DNA of 59,569 bases, filler included, from Dugesia japonica (lineage: Eukaryota), in NCBI GenBank assembly GCA_001938525.1. It is 6 parts of 6 records of this genome, joined end to end, with 100 filler letters (N's around TTAATTAATTAA, not from the genome) between each part and the next. Parts side by side here need not be neighbours in the genome. Positions count along the whole stretch, not along the records: positions 21,920 to 32,290 come from MQRL01597558.1; positions 32,391 to 41,452 come from MQRL01632347.1; 4 more parts are not named here. One strand, 5' to 3'. Each line of letters opens with the position of its first letter. Within the stretch, counting starts at the first letter, position 1. The translations under genes and the position numbers were made by a program. The notes below the pieces were generated by a model that worked only from the letters and a program-made list of their open reading frames with translations, did no database searches and was not told the origin of the DNA. Positions 23,700-38,423 of the stretch are shown here, piece after piece.

Positions 23700-26400
23700 G
23701 TTGTGTAATGTGTGGTGTTCATTTACTTAATCTATCCTTTTGCTGTTGTGTTGTGGTGATCAATTCAGTATCTCTTGCACGTTTCTTTGAATTGATTTGA
23801 AATAAATTGTCCTCCTTGATTAGTAATTATGATTTCTAGTGGGCCAAATCTACTGATCCACACTTTTTCGACCGCATCTACAATCGCTTTTGTTGTTATC
23901 TCATTTAATGGTATGGTTTCAGGCCAAGATGTCTCACGATCGATGATTTTAAGAATGAATCGCTTTCCTTCACATATAGGTAGAGGTCCGAAAATATTTA
24001 TGTGCATCACTTAAAACAGTCCTAATTCTGGAATTCAGTGGGGATTGCGTATGACGTGTTATTTTTTGTGATTAACATCTGAAGCATTGTCTAATTCATT
24101 CTCGAATGTCTCGATTTCATCTTTGGCCATATGTAACGAGCTCAAATGAGATATGTTGTTTTCTTGCAATGTTGTGCAATCTGTCTTTGTTTATCGTGTT
24201 GATAGCAAAAGTCTGGGTGTGTGGAACTATCTTTAAAGAATCCGTCAATCTCTTTTATTTTTAGTGAGTGATATTGTCTAAGTGAAGCGTCTGATTGTTG
24301 TTCTTTGATCAATTCATCCTTCGTTATTGAACATATTTTGCCTTAAGATAATTCTTCTGGAATTCTGTATAAGAAGTCAGCTACAAAGTTTTCTGACTGA
24401 TAAATTCAATATTACGCGATTGTCTGTTTTTTGGGTTTTCATCAATCAAATATATAGCAGTGGCTTGTTATCTGTTAAAATTGTGAATTTGCTGCTTTTT
24501 AAGTAATGCTTTAAATTCTTGATGGATAGATAGATGACTAAGATTTCATGGACAAACGTTAAATATTTTTGATCTGTTTTATTTAATTTTCATGAGAAAA
24601 ATGCGATAGGTGCAAGTTTGTAGTTGATTTCGTGATTCAAGCCGGCTCTAACTGCGATATTTGATGCTTCTGTTTGAAGTATTAACTTTTTATTTGAATC
24701 AGGTGGAGTCATATTTGTAATTCGATTCAGCGCTGCTTTGATATCCGAGAAAGCCTTTTCATGCTCGAATATCCATTGTAGCTTCCTGTGAGTATATCTT
24801 CTGGATTGAAAGGTATTTGATGGTAAGCTTTCTTCAGGTCAATTGTCAAAAATAAGGAGCTGTTTCTCAAACAATCTAGAATATATGAAATACCAGGCAA
24901 AGGAATGGTAACTGCATTTAGTAGTCTGTAGTCACCGCATGGGCGATAGGTATTATCTTTCTTTTGGACAACAACTAAGGGAGATGCCCAGGCACTTGTG
25001 CTTCTTCTTTCAACTACATTTTCTAGAATTTTGTTGAATTCATGGCGAACTGCTTCAAGCATTGTTCCAGCTAGTCGTCAAGATTTTTGAGATATAGGTG
25101 GTCCAGTTATCATCATTCGAAGTTCTGGTTTGTGTTTTAGATTATAATTATGCGCTGTTCTATTGGAATGATGATTTGTTTTGCAATCCTTGCACTGTGT
25201 TGTTGTCGAGAATAATTTGATTCCCTCGACAGTCTATTTTAATGAAATTAAGTCTAAAGAAGTCTGATCCTAATATCAGTTGACAAACGTCTGCAAAATT
25301 CCACCTGAATTTTTATGGAAGTTCAACGATGTTAAAGCACAAAGTGCGTTATCCTCGAGTTGAAATTAAGCTACTACAAGTTGAAATTAGTTGTTTGGTC
25401 GTTTCACAATGATCGGTATGAAATTGTTTGGCTGGTAGAATACTAATATCTGTTCCTATGTCAATTTAAAATTTATTACCTGGCTTTGATAATTTGATGG
25501 AACAGTGAATATTGTAGAGACATGTTCCGGTTTACGAGTGAAAGGGTTCTCAATCACCGGAAATATTGAGAATCTTTGTCTTTTCCTTGTGTTTGTTTAG
25601 AATTTCAATCGCATGGTTCACGGCATTTGCTCGCTAATTTTCCATATTTGCGTGTCAATAGCAACTTCCATCTGTTGATATTGACTTTTGTGCATGAACC
25701 ATTTTAAGTTGATTTATCTCATCTTGAAGTTGCTGTATTTCGCTTAAATTGGTTTGACTTGAGATGCTGTGTGCAACTTGTGAAGATTCAATTTAGGCAA
25801 GTCTGTCAATGACCAGCTTTCCTTGGAGACGAGATGAGGCTTGATTTTTTGAATCATTGGTCTTATGAAAGCATTTCTTAACATTATGCTATTGTCTGCA
25901 TCTTTAAAATGTGGTTCTATCTCTTGGAAGTGTCTGCGTAATAGTCGAAGACGATCTGACGGTCTTTGATCTCCCAGAGGTTCGAGGATAAACATTTTAT
26001 CCACATGATATGAGGTCGGCAATTTGATACAGTTGATTATAGCTTCTCAAAGATCTGTATATGGTGTTTCGGATTCTGTATCTAACAATTCCTAAAAAGA
26101 AGCCAGAACTGCTGACGGTAAGATAAGATGGAGGTACTTATAATCTTCTCTTAATATTCTTAAAATCCTTAAGATTGCTTCATTTTGTTTAAACCAGATT
26201 GATGGACATTCGAAGTATTGTGGGAATTTTGTAGTTATTTGGTTACTCCCATGTCACCCTCTTCTGACACCAATGTTGAGTTCGTACAATTTTGATTCCA
26301 TAAATACAAGATAAAGATGGCAATATTTATTAAATTCAAATTTCTGCTTTTCTATTAAAATATATTATTTAAACAAAATGAATTTGTATAAAGTATATTT
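23700..26400 (-). mobile_element. Degraded Gypsy LTR retrotransposon (gag-pro-RT-RH-INT)
   Basis: PBS TGGTGTCAGAAG (tRNA-Leu) at 26272-26261 after an LTR end; gag 25744-26250; RT 24727-25062 (WASPLVVVQKKDNTYRPCGDYRLLN); integrase 23765-24010 (HINIFGPLP, IDRETSWPE, TNQGGQF). Confidence 0.9.
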
Positions 26401-26449
26401 TTAATTAAAAATGAAATATTATTAAAAGTCATATTACAGATAGCTATTA

Positions 26450-26870
26450 CAAATTTCTTATAGTGTACGTAATTTACACAGAGGTGGTTGTTATTTGTAC
26501 ATAACGTATTATAATTTGTACATATGTGGCTACAATTTACAAATATGTTGTTATAATTTACTCATAACTTGCAACAAATTGTGCATAGTTTACAATATTT
26601 TACACATAGGTGGTGGAAATTTACTTATTGATACCTGCAATTTATTTATAGGTGTCAGCAAATTACACATCGGTGGTTGAAATCGGTAAAAGAGTAGTTA
26701 CAATTTACATAAAGGTGGCGACAATTGTTTTATAGGTATCTACTATTTATGCGTTTGTGTGAACAATTTACGCATATATGATTATAATTTACACATGGCA
26801 TACTACAATTGGTTACGATTGCTTATAGGTGTCAACAATTTATTCGTGGCTTAATGAAATTAGTGTATAG
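26450..26870. repeat. Degenerate tandem repeats (about 20-30 bp, acaatttacacataggtgg-like), possibly inside the Gypsy LTR
   Basis: Repeated ACAATTTAC/ATAGGTG units; a second short array at about 27030-27210. Confidence 0.6.
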
Positions 26871-29194
26871 ATGATTTGACGTGATGCATGTTTTATCGAT
26901 AAATTAGTAATAAATCAAATAATTTACTTAAAGAATTTGATTTGATCGCGTACCATGTATGTGATGTTCATTAACCTTCCCATATTACACTGTTTTATTG
27001 TGTCTATTTGTTTATTGTAACACATTAATTTTATTGAAATACATGAATTTTACCGTGTCACATTGATTTACTGTACTAATCTGCTTACTCTATCCATTGG
27101 TTTCACTGTATATCATTCAGTTTCTGTACTCATATATGCTTACTTTATCCATTAACTTTGCAGTGTCCACCTGTTTACTAAGTAACCCTGATTTACTATG
27201 TCTATTTATTAATGAATTAACTTAGTATATTTGTCTAGACAAAATATTTGTATAACTTAATAAATAACTATGTAAATTAATTGTATTGGATTAACTATAC
27301 TATTAGTTGTAAGATGAAATGGATTATGAATATAAAATCATGTTAACCATCAGTTAACATTAAAATCCGTTTAGTATTTATTTCAATGAAAATAGTGAGT
27401 ATTATCTATAGAATTGTGGCTATTGGATCAAATTAAGCATATTCAATAGGTTAAGTGTCTGTATTGATTTATTTGAACAATAAGATTAAGATAAAATGAA
27501 AACAATGAATACAAAATTTAAGTAAAATACGTAAATATATTGAATATATGTGTTTAATGAATGTAATGGGGTTGTTGAATAGACTAGGTTTATTTATTGA
27601 ATTGGATTCATCGGGTTAATGAATGTATCTGGATTATTGATGTGTATTGGTTTAGATAGAAGATATACAAGTGTTGTCACATTTTCATTTGTAATATTGA
27701 AGAATTTATAAAGCACTTGTATATATGAATAACAAATTTTAGAAATTTAAAAATGTTTCATTTATTGCTAACAATGAATTAAAACAAGACAAATTCAAGA
27801 TGTTAATTAAAATTAATTAAGGACATCGAAATATGACTAAATTGTATTCAGGTTTTCAAGAATCAGTGGCTTATAGACATCAAACAAATATGCGTAATAA
27901 GGTTTATTAATCTAAAGGAAGACAAATTGATGATTACAATGAAAATCCTTTGATATAGTTAAATAGAGCATGGAATATTTTATCAACGTATAATAATTTA
28001 TAACTTCTATGAAAATTTGATTACTTTTTACATACTACTTGGAAAATTTGGATAGATTTCCAATATTTCTCGGAATTTGACAAATTTTTACAAAGTATAT
28101 AACAAATTAATAGTTGATAAGTAATCATTTGTATTTAGACGGATAAAATCTACGTATTTAGTAACTAAATTTGCTAAATAATTATCACTTCTAAAGGATT
28201 CAATACATGAAATAGAGGATTACTTTAATGATTAACAAGATTTCAATTGCTAATGGTGTCCATATCTTTTTCACTCAAACAATATAGATTTCAAAACGTT
28301 ATTGTAAATAATATAAAAAACAAGTAATATAAAAAAATATTGCTCTGATTTTCCCTTCTTCATTCTGTCTGATCCTTTATTTGAAACATGTTTGAAATTT
28401 TAGCATACGAATCAATATACTTATAAATAGTATGTACTAATTTTCATCTGTTGAGGGAGAAGTTATTATAAAAATAGATAGAAATGATATTTTTTATATT
28501 CTCCAGGAGTATTTGTTATGTAAAATAGTGACAAGTAGCAACTATTTACTCAAATGTCATGACAAATAATTACTTAATTAACTTATTCAGCTTATGTGTT
28601 GTATAATTTGACATTAAGAGTTGCAATGTATCCTTTTCTGCAAAATATAAAGCCTTTATCATCATCTGCCTGCATCTGAAGAGACCAAAGATTTACATAC
28701 AGCTCTGGAACAACGGATAATATTAACCAATAAATTTCTTAACTAATAAAGATTAAACCTCCAAATAGTTAGGATAACTGTTATTAAATATNNNNNTTAA
28801 TTAATTTTCTTCTATGAATTGTTTATTTAAAAGCATAATTTTCAGTTAATGAATAACAAATATTTTAATCACTGCTTCAATTAATTGATTTTAATTGTTA
28901 TTTAAAAATGAATATACTGTTAAAAGATTAATAAGTGAAAAATTGCATTAAAATACTAACCGTATAATGATGTATTGTATTCTGATTGGCTGCCTATAAT
29001 ATACGTAAAATAGATTTCTATGCAGAAAAAACTTACTAAAAGTATAATAAGTAATTATATTATAGAAAATGATTAGAAAGGATAATGCACACCAATCACA
29101 CACAAAGATACACTCATTATTATTATAGATAAGGTTAAAAAATTACTAAACTTTTAACAGTATATTTAAAATGATATAAAAACAATTTTTTAAA

Positions 29195-29526
29195 CCTTTT
29201 TCTTGTAGATAATCAGAAACTCGATAGTTGATTCCTTTTGCTATTACGTAACAAGTAATAGTCATAATTTGAGGAGAAAACTCAAATTCTATATTTAAAT
29301 ACTTTCCATCATTTTTCAGCTTAGGCAAAATATATTTGTTCGCATATTCCGGTAATTCATTTCTTTCCTTACTCGGTAACTTTGTCTCGATATTACCAAT
29401 AGTGAAAGAAAATGTATATTCCATACCAGGTATATCTTTGTCTGATTCACATGATGCTGTACTCTTGTACTGAACATTTCTCAGAAATAATTTCAATGAG
29501 TCTAGATTTTTTTTTGTTTTCAACAA
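29195..29526 (-). CDS. Probable exon of an unknown host gene or pseudogene
   Basis: 126-aa ORF of normal composition in very AT-rich DNA; candidate donor AG|GTTTAA near 29195; possible further exons at 28000-28720; no family recognised. Confidence 0.35.
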
Positions 29527-30706
29527 ATTTTATTACAATCAAGAAATCTTACCGGCTTTGAAAATTTGATTCGATAGTAAAATAGTATAAATAAAAATAT
29601 TATGCAATTCATTATCCACTAACATAATAATAGAGAGATATTGAATTGGTTATTTTAATTCCCTTTTATTTTAAATTTCTGATTAAAAACGAATTTTCTT
29701 TACGAGAAATATTAAGAAAATATTAAGTATTTATAAAAAAGACTATAAATACATTGAAATAATTATTCAATAATAAAAATTGATATATTATAAATTGTAT
29801 AAAATGTATTTTACATTTAACTAAATAAAATTCTTTTTATTATTTTGTAGTAAATAAAGAATAGATGGAAAAGAAAGTAAATCGACAGTTTGTTAAAACA
29901 CCATCTAATATTCAATATTTGGAATATTCCAATAAATAATATAAATTTAGATTTAAAAATATTTAAATTACTATTTAAAACCGTCATGTATTTTATCCGG
30001 TTGTCAGCTGTGGTATCCATGACAAGGGAAACAGAGTAAATTTTTTCACATTATTTTTTTAATTATTATTAAAATATTTATTATTGGCATAAACTTTCAC
30101 ACCTTATTCTAAACAATTAATATTATTCTATTACTATTATAGACGTTGGCAAATTAAAAAAACATATCACTGTTATTATTGTTATATAAATGTACTTTTT
30201 TTGTTTTTTATAGGTGTGAATTAATGCAAACAATGAATTATTTTATTTTTATTTAACTATCAAAATTCACATTTAACAAAAACATTATTACCAAGATTAT
30301 TAATATGTTTTTTTAGAAAGCCTGACCTTTCATGCTTTAATATAAACTGCGGATTTTCGCACCATTTGAGTAAATTTTCTGTGTAAATATTTTTTTATTG
30401 ACATGAAAAATTTCACACATTATTTATTATTTTTATTATTACTAAAATATGTTTTATAAATATGAATTTCACATCTTAATACAAACAATGAAATTTTATA
30501 AGCGTTCGAATTTTATTAGCTTGATTTTGTTATTGTTATTAAAATGTTTTATATACGGTGTGAATATTTACCCCTTAAACTTTACAAAAATTTTTCAATA
30601 AATTTCATGAAATGGTGAGCCTCAAAATATTGCTGATTTTAACTGTGAGAATTTACACTTTAAACATAAATTTTCACACATACGTCGTCATGATTAATAA
30701 TAATAT

Positions 30707-32290
30707 TGTTGGGGTGAAACACACGTAAAGAAAGGTAATAAAGCCAAAACTCAAAATCAACAAAGAAGAACAATAAAACCAGTAAATTTACTATTAAGGG
30801 AATTCAAATGAAGAAAGCAATTATGATTAAGGAGGGTTATAATGAAAATAATCAGGAAGGAGGAACAAAATACAAGCAAAGGTGGATACAACGAACAAGG
30901 TGACATAAAAAACAACTTACATCCGTATCAGAATTAAAATGAATTAATAAAATCATAATAAAACTCAAGAAAATCAGTACAAGGAAATGCCTAATTAACA
31001 AAAAAAATATTAATTAATTTGGAAAAAAAAGGAATCAGAATTAACCTAAAATCTGTGTTTCATGATTAACTCCGTTTACGAAAGTCGGAGAGAATCCGGT
31101 TAAGAAAATTCAAGAAGAGAATAACAAGAGTCATTAAGATTTATCAAGAAGGAAATCTTACCACTATCTTGAGGATTGCTACAAGGTTTTCTAGGTCAAA
31201 CCAATCAGATACCTAAAAATAAAAAGAAAACAAAGAGAGAACCATCACGTGGTCCTCCAAAAATAACCACCAATAAGAGCCCTCAAACTCTATNAAAATT
31301 CTGGAATTATGGCACCAACACCAATAAAATGCTAAGATTTGGAAACAAAAATAACATCCAATGATAATGAGGCCGGGTTGCATCGGAAAACCCTATAAAA
31401 AGAACTCTGATTTCAGTCATTTTAGCTTATAACCTTCTAAAGCAAAAAAGAACACTAATATATTATACGGATTTTTTCACTTGCGAATTGAATACTACAA
31501 AATATTCAATTTCCACTAATACCGAATTACGAGTCAGCTATCTGAATTCTCTACTCATCAAAAGTCAAGAAACCCTAACGATCTTATTTTCGAATCAAGA
31601 ATTCCATCCGAGCCGTTACAGAAAATCATCCCTAGTTATATACGAAAAGTAAAATGTTTTTCCTATTTTATATTCATATGTATCAATAATAATTTTAACA
31701 AATGAAATTTCGTTGATTTATTTATTTTACAATAAAATTAAAACATTTTTTTTGACTCACTACGATAAACCTGAAAAGTTTAACTTTAATTCTACACACA
31801 AGATTGTAGGTGTGGCCAGTATTGCGATTTACTCCGGAAATATTAGCATTACAAAATCTCTCTGTGCACACCGATTAGTGATCAAGTTAGGGAGTGAAAG
31901 TCCACCCTGTGATAATAGGGGAATGAAAGGGATTATTTCTCGAAACAGGTTTTCATGCACGAGTAGAAGGCATAAATCCAACGAGATGAAAGCGATGGGT
32001 AACGTTTGTTGGCCAGAATAATCCTGGGAAAACACATTGAATTGATTTAATAATCATTATAAAATAAATTCCCATAATTCAGCTAAATCTCTTAGATTCC
32101 GTTGTTGTTAGAATGTAATACGAGTAATTGGTGAGATGGATCATCAACGAATTACTGAATAATTGCTAGTATGCATAACTAGATCTGTACACACATGCCA
32201 GGCAGTATACCAAGGATTGACTACACTAAAAAAAGTTTAAGAAGTGAATAGTTACAATCAAATTCTTACCTGATAATAAATTGCTTAATT
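30707..32290 (+). mobile_element. Giant solo-LTR-like element, copy 3 (5' part, cut by a contig gap)
   Basis: Starts TGTTGGGGTGAAACAC after taatatat-like target (ATAT); CCAAT at 31201, 31270, 31321 and 31358; TATAAAA at 31394; leader block ccgttacag..atcat; candidate donor at 31649. Confidence 0.8.
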
Positions 32291-32559
32291 NNNNNNNNNN
32301 NNNNNNNNNNNNNNNNNNNNNNNNNNNNNNNNNNTTAATTAATTAANNNNNNNNNNNNNNNNNNNNNNNNNNNNNNNNNNNNNNNNNNNNTAGAGTTTTT
32401 CTTCGGGAATAGTCAGTTTGGGTAATTTTTGGACAATTTTAGCCATTTATTTACTCACATTAGTTGATTTGGGTTAAAATTTAAGGAAATTCATGTGAAA
32501 AGTTGAATGTTTTTAAATTTTAAAGTTTTTAACAAATTTTTTATGGAAATATTTTTTAG

Positions 32560-34090
32560 GAATCCTGAAAAACCGTTCATGTTGTTTATCGAAATTAATA
32601 CTATTCGATGGAAAATGTTACATTAAGTACGAATAACACAGTTAAAAATCACCAAACCTTATAGATAAAATGTTATATTGAAGAAAACAACTACTTAATT
32701 TGGGAGTTCTTGAGGAATATAAAATTATGATAATTTATTCAGTACGATCAATTTTGGGTAGTTTTTTATAACAATTTGTATGGAATTTTCATCTTCAACA
32801 GTCTTCAGTTATCAAAGCTCTATGCCCTAACCACTAGATTTCAGGCATCAAAACCCTGCTAGCAGTGCACTGATCATTAATTATCAACGGTGAACAAATT
32901 AAACCATTAACTGTAAAATTAATAGGTAAATGATGATAAAGAGTATTGTGTATGTTAATAATTGATTAGTAGATAGATACTGGCGGGGAACCTCAGTACA
33001 CATTCAGTAGCCCCTATCGTGATGTAATGAAACTATATCCTAATGCATTTAGTTGGAAATTTAAAAATTGCATCATAAATTGCATCATTAGGTAATATTA
33101 TGTCAGAGAGGTTATTTTTTCCCAGTGTATTTAGTTGGGAAAATTATTTGCACACAAATTGTCTTATGAGATTAATTCCATCAGTGAAAATTTACGTAAT
33201 AGGGTTAAGAGAGGCTACTTTTTCCTGTGATTTTTGTTGGTAAAATTGTTTAGGCTTTTTAAGTGGTAATATTATTTTTAGGCTTTTTAAGCGGTTATAT
33301 TTTTTAGGTTTTTTAGGTGACAAAAGTTATTTATTGGAATTTTTTTTTGAGAATTCGGGTAAACCATTTATGTTGTTTAAATAATATGAAAATTAAAAAT
33401 TTTTAAATAAACGTTTTATAAGAATTTGGTTAAGCAGTTAAAATGTTTGTTATATATCTCCAATTTCAAAGATTTTTATAAAAAACTGCTAAGAAATTTA
33501 AGGCGATCATTTCTCACTTAAAATTTTTTTTCGAAAAAAAAGAATTTTCATTCTCAAATAGGTCGATAGAGAAATTTTTGCTGATTCCAAATATGTTAAC
33601 CTAAAATCGCCAAAATTAATATCCGATGAAATAAATGAGGTTTTTTTGTAAAAGAAAATCAAAACTCGGAAATCAAACCTCTGATCTCTGTGCGCAGGGG
33701 TCAGCTATCGACTTAACTTTGGTATTATTTTAATAAAAGGGGAAAAGTGACTGTACAAAATTAAAATATCGTCTCGGGGAAAAATGCTTCCTAACGAATA
33801 TGTACAGCCGTCCTCCAGGATTTAGTGAGATTTTTTGAAAACATCAAAAGTAACTCAAAGTTTATCGAAGTTGATACTATTCGATAGGGAATTTTACGGT
33901 GAGTACAAATAACAGAGTTAAAATCAAGAAACCTTATACATAAAAAGGTATCTAGAAAAAACAAGTAATTTATATGGCAGTCCCCGAGAAATATTAAAAA
34001 TAATAAAAATTTACTTTAAAATTAAATAAGAAGATGAAGTTATTTTTTTAAAGTAAATGATTTATTTAATAAAATCTCATCAATAGGTTT
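32560..34090 (-). repeat. Dispersed repeat homologous to 4640-5660, with an internal partial duplicate (32580-32730 vs 33860-34010)
   Basis: Direct sequence comparison. Confidence 0.7.
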
Positions 34091-34259
34091 GTTGTTTGAT
34101 TATTGACCTGTTTGAAAATACTGAAACAATTATTTAGACTTCATAGAAGTTTTTTCGCTAAGAAGACTATAACATTTTTGTTCTCAGAAAAATCCATTCC
34201 TTATACCTTATGCCTTTGGACTAGTCTTTAAATTTCTCTACAACAGAATTCAAGTCANN

Positions 34260-37020
34260 NNNNNNNNNGGGATGATTTTTAGCATAATTTGATGTATCAA
34301 GAAGATTATCTCTCACCATCAAACCCAACAATTTGTCTAGAAAGAAGCTATCTGTGTCGTCTGCAACAATATCTATACAATATTTCTCTTCCTTACTGAA
34401 ATTTTCTAAATCTATATACTAAAGCTGATGCATCCTAAGCTTAGATAAGTCAAGTACAGATTGTCCAATATAACTCGGACTATCCAAACAAGTAGCATTC
34501 TTATTAAGTTGAACAGCGAACAGATCCTTATCAATTTTAAATGTTTTCCTAAAACTCGGTTTAGAAGTATAGGTCACCAACTTTTAGAGTTAGAGAGACA
34601 GAAATTCATCCTCTTCTTAAGATTTTCAACATTCTTACTGTAAAGACTTATTGAGTAATTTATAATAATTTTTATCTAACTCATTTTTACTTTCAGATCT
34701 TAATGCAGTGTTTTCATCTACATATGCCTTTAAGATATAGTCTTGGTCAAATTTAACGGTCCTATTGATTTTAGTCACTTCAACCCCTATTTGTAAATAC
34801 AACTGAAGTAATCTCCAATGTATTACATAGTTTTTCTTTGGATGATGTATAAGTAGTAATTTTTAAAATTTTGTACCTGGTATAAATTGTTGTTCAGCAG
34901 CAACTTGCAAATCACTTAAATAGTTATGTAAATTGTTAGGAATCAATAGATCACCTTAAACACTTTAATCATAAGACAGTAAATCTAAGTCTTAAGTCCT
35001 ATAATCAATAAGAATTTTTTCCAAGTCAGAATGAATCCATTCAAAGTTCTTATAAGAAAGCCACATANNNNNNNNNNNNNNNNNNNNNNNNNNNNNNNNN
35101 NNNNNNNNNNNNNNNNNTTTGCAAATACAACTGAAGTAATCTCCAATGTATTACATAGTTTTTCTTTGGATGATGTATAAGTAGTAATTTTGAAAATTTT
35201 GTACCTGGTATTAATTGTTGTTCAGCAGCAACTTGCAAATCACTTAAATAGTTATATAAATTGTTAGGAATCAATAGATCACCTTAAACACTTTAATCAT
35301 AAGACAGCAAATCTAAGTCTGAAGTCCTATAATCAATAAGAATTTTTTCCAAGTCAGAATGAATCCATTCAAAGTTCTTATAAGAAAGCCACATAATGCT
35401 TATTCACAAAAGTAAGGCCTGCTCTTATTCCATTTTTAAAAAAAGTATAAATATCATTGTCAGTCAAAAGCTCAATGGATTCATTTAAAGTCATCAAGGC
35501 TGAAGCCTAACTCATTCCGGGAATATCAAAGAAATTAAGTGGTTCTAACCTATTATGTTCTAAAGATTTAGCCCAAAATTGCTAAAAGAAATCAGCCAAA
35601 AAAAAACGTCAAGTTTCAAATAGATCATCATATAGTCTAAAAGATTCTTACAATCGTAAAATTCCCAGACATCAACAGCTTTCAGATAATTTTCCTCTGT
35701 AACTCCATCCAAAGCTAGTGGTAATGATAATGTTTCCTCTAAAACTTCTAAACTAGTCGCAAAATTATACGGAAAATTCCACTTAATAAGTCTACTATCA
35801 TTAAACCCCTTTGATGTTAATGGAGTTGAATTTATTGTCTTAACAGCAACATCAAGAGAAGAGTTTATAAATTGGTATTTATCTATGAACTTTACTTATA
35901 CTTTTGATATTTGCAGTCAAATTCAAGAATTTTTCTCTAGTAAGTGGAATACAAGTATTCTCCAATTTGAACAGTTACTAAGTCCCTAATTTAAAATGTG
36001 ATGAAGATCGTATCCCTTTAAATTATGAGATACTACTGGAGGTTCAAACCTTATTTTTGTACTTTTATTGCATTTGAAACACGCAACTCTTATATATTTA
36101 CCAGTGTAGTAATCATGGTCTTTAACAGGGTCTTAAATTGATTTTCTACATAAATAACAGATTGTAGAGTTTTTAAAACCTATTTCCTCATCAGGTGTAA
36201 TTATAATTGTCTTTTTACTGTTATTTAAATAATATGGGTAAACAATATTTGGAGTTATATCCTCTATCATTTGCAAGTATTCAAAATTACAATCATACCC
36301 AATGAACTGGTGATACTTAGTTTCATTAGTAAAATTATTTACTAATAAAAGTCCAGCAGAAATCGGTTCACGACGTTAAAAATATTTAGGATCTTTAGGT
36401 AAAACTGATTCAAAATCAGCGTAAATTACGAAAGGAGGAGTGATCTTCTTAGAGTAATCCTTAAATAATAATTCTTTCTCATCAGGCATTCCAGTTTGTA
36501 TCCTTTTACAAAGTGATTCATGTTTCTTAAATGCAGTCTTATTCCAAAAACCATTCAAACAATTTGAACACCCTATTGATCAGATTTGCGTCTCATTAAT
36601 TCTTACAACACGGTTCATCAACCTATTTAAATTTATAACAGCTGTGTAATGAAACGTATTCTTTTTTTCTAACAATAAAAGATTTATTTTTTGTCCCCCT
36701 TTAACCTTACCCTTATGTATAATGTCTAAATAAGGGTGTTTCATTACAATCTCATCATCCTCACAATCGTCAAATGAAACAGAATTACAAGAAAAGACAT
36801 TTTAGAAAGACCTGGGTTTTCTTTTTCAAACTTTGGAATATATAAATATGTCGACATGGTCAAATATAAGTTCTCCTAGATATTTCTTATATTGTTCCTC
36901 GAAATTTCTGTTTTTTGTTAAAAATATTTCGCTTAAGTATAGCAAAAATACTATAGATGAAACATAAATCATTTTTTTAAGGTTTTAAATATAAACCATC
37001 AACTTTCACTTTAACTTGTA
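34260..37020 (-). pseudogene. Protein-primed DNA polymerase B (degraded)
   Basis: PFVIYADFESVL (Exo I), DHDYYTGKYIRVACFKCN (EndoVII-like), HPKKNYVIHWRLLQLYLQ, ADDTDSF-like Pol C remnant; many stops and frameshifts. Confidence 0.88.
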
Positions 37021-37188
37021 CTCCTTTTAGTAATCATCTTCAACTATGATTNNNNNNNNNNNNNNNNNNNNNNNNNNNNNNNNNNNNNNNNNNNNNNNNN
37101 NNNNNNNNNNNNNNNNNNNNNNNNNNNNNNNNNNNNNNNNNNNNNNNNNNNNNNNNNNNNNNNNNNNNNNNNNNNNNNNNNNNNNNNA

Positions 37189-37458
37189 TTCAGTTTCTTT
37201 TTGTTTTTTGATTGCATTTCTAGAATTACTTACAGTTGAAGCTATGCAAGAAGCTTCTCCCGCAGCTCCTGTTAAACCAGCAATTATAGCTGGTATTGCA
37301 GCAAGAAAAATAAATCCTCCTTCATGTTCTTTACCTAATTTCTTTTTTATTTCTATAACTTTATTTCGAGTCCAATAGTTTTTACCATTAATTTTTACAG
37401 ATTTACATTTATTTGAATTTACCAAATCATTTAATTCTTGTTCTGATATTGAAGACAT
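37189..37458 (-). CDS. Polinton virion/core protein with an adenovirus pX-like GGF-hydrophobic motif (3' part in gap)
   Basis: HEGGFIFLAAIPAIIAGLTGAAG resembles the adenoviral pX GGFLPALIPIIAAAIG segment. Confidence 0.6.
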
Positions 37459-37601
37459 TTTCTTTTAAAAAATAATAAAATATATTTAGTTTTTCAATGG
37501 NAAATTATCACCTCTTTCATCTCTTTCAATTCCTCTTTACATCTTTCTCCTCTTTTTACCTCTCAATTAAAGAGGTAGGATGATTTTAAAAAGATGTGTA
37601 A

Positions 37602-38234
37602 TTATTTCTCTTCTTCAAATAAATATTTCATTAAAATTTCGGCTTCCCTATCTAAATAGTAATAATTATACTTTATTTTCCAATGTAAATTTACATTATA
37701 ATCATATTCCATTTTACTTGAAAACATATTACTAAATAAATCATAATAAACATTATCTTTATGAGTTTTATTTGATTTGAAAAATATAAAACAGTTAGAA
37801 TTATTTTTAATAGAGTTTTTATCCAAATGAAAATAAGTTTGTGAAATATAAATTACATTTTTACATTACAATTTACATGTCTTCCTCTAGTAAAATAACT
37901 ATTCTGGATTTCTTGATCTTTGACATTTACTACATCATCAAAAATTATTAAATTCTTTTTCTGTTTAGATAATTTTTCACAAGGAATTATTTCATTTGGT
38001 TTATTACTTAAAACCACATTTATCAATCTTGGTTTATTTGTAAAATACTTTTTTGTTTAAAACTACTAAATAACTTTTAATGGTGTTATTAAAGAATCAG
38101 GATCTATGTTTTGATGTTCAAAAATAAACATAATATTTGTTAATCCATTTTCAAAACCATGATAGATAAATTGTAATTCAAATTGATTTATAGTTGTAGA
38201 ATAAATTATTAAAGTATCATAATCTAAAAACTCT
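37602..38234 (-). pseudogene. A32/FtsK-like DNA packaging ATPase fragment
   Basis: NLIIFDDV (Walker B), YFTRGRH, IYISQTYFHLDKNSIKNNSNCFIFFK. Confidence 0.85.
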
Positions 38235-38423
38235 NNNNNNNNNNNNNNNNNNNNNNNNNNNNNNNNNNNNNNNNNNNNNNNNNNNNNNNNNNNNNNNNNN
38301 NNNNNNNNNNNNNNNNNNNNNNNNNNNNNNNNNNNNNNNNNNNNNNNNNNNNNNNNNNNNNNNNNNNNNNNNNNNNNNNNNNNNNNNNNNNNNNNNNNNN
38401 NNNNNNNNNNNNNNNNNNNNNNN

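Noticed and set aside
34790-35395. Near-identical ~280 bp direct duplication within polB
   Set aside because: The copies flank an N gap; most likely overlapping contig ends or haplotypes. The same applies to 12122-12180 vs 12231-12289.
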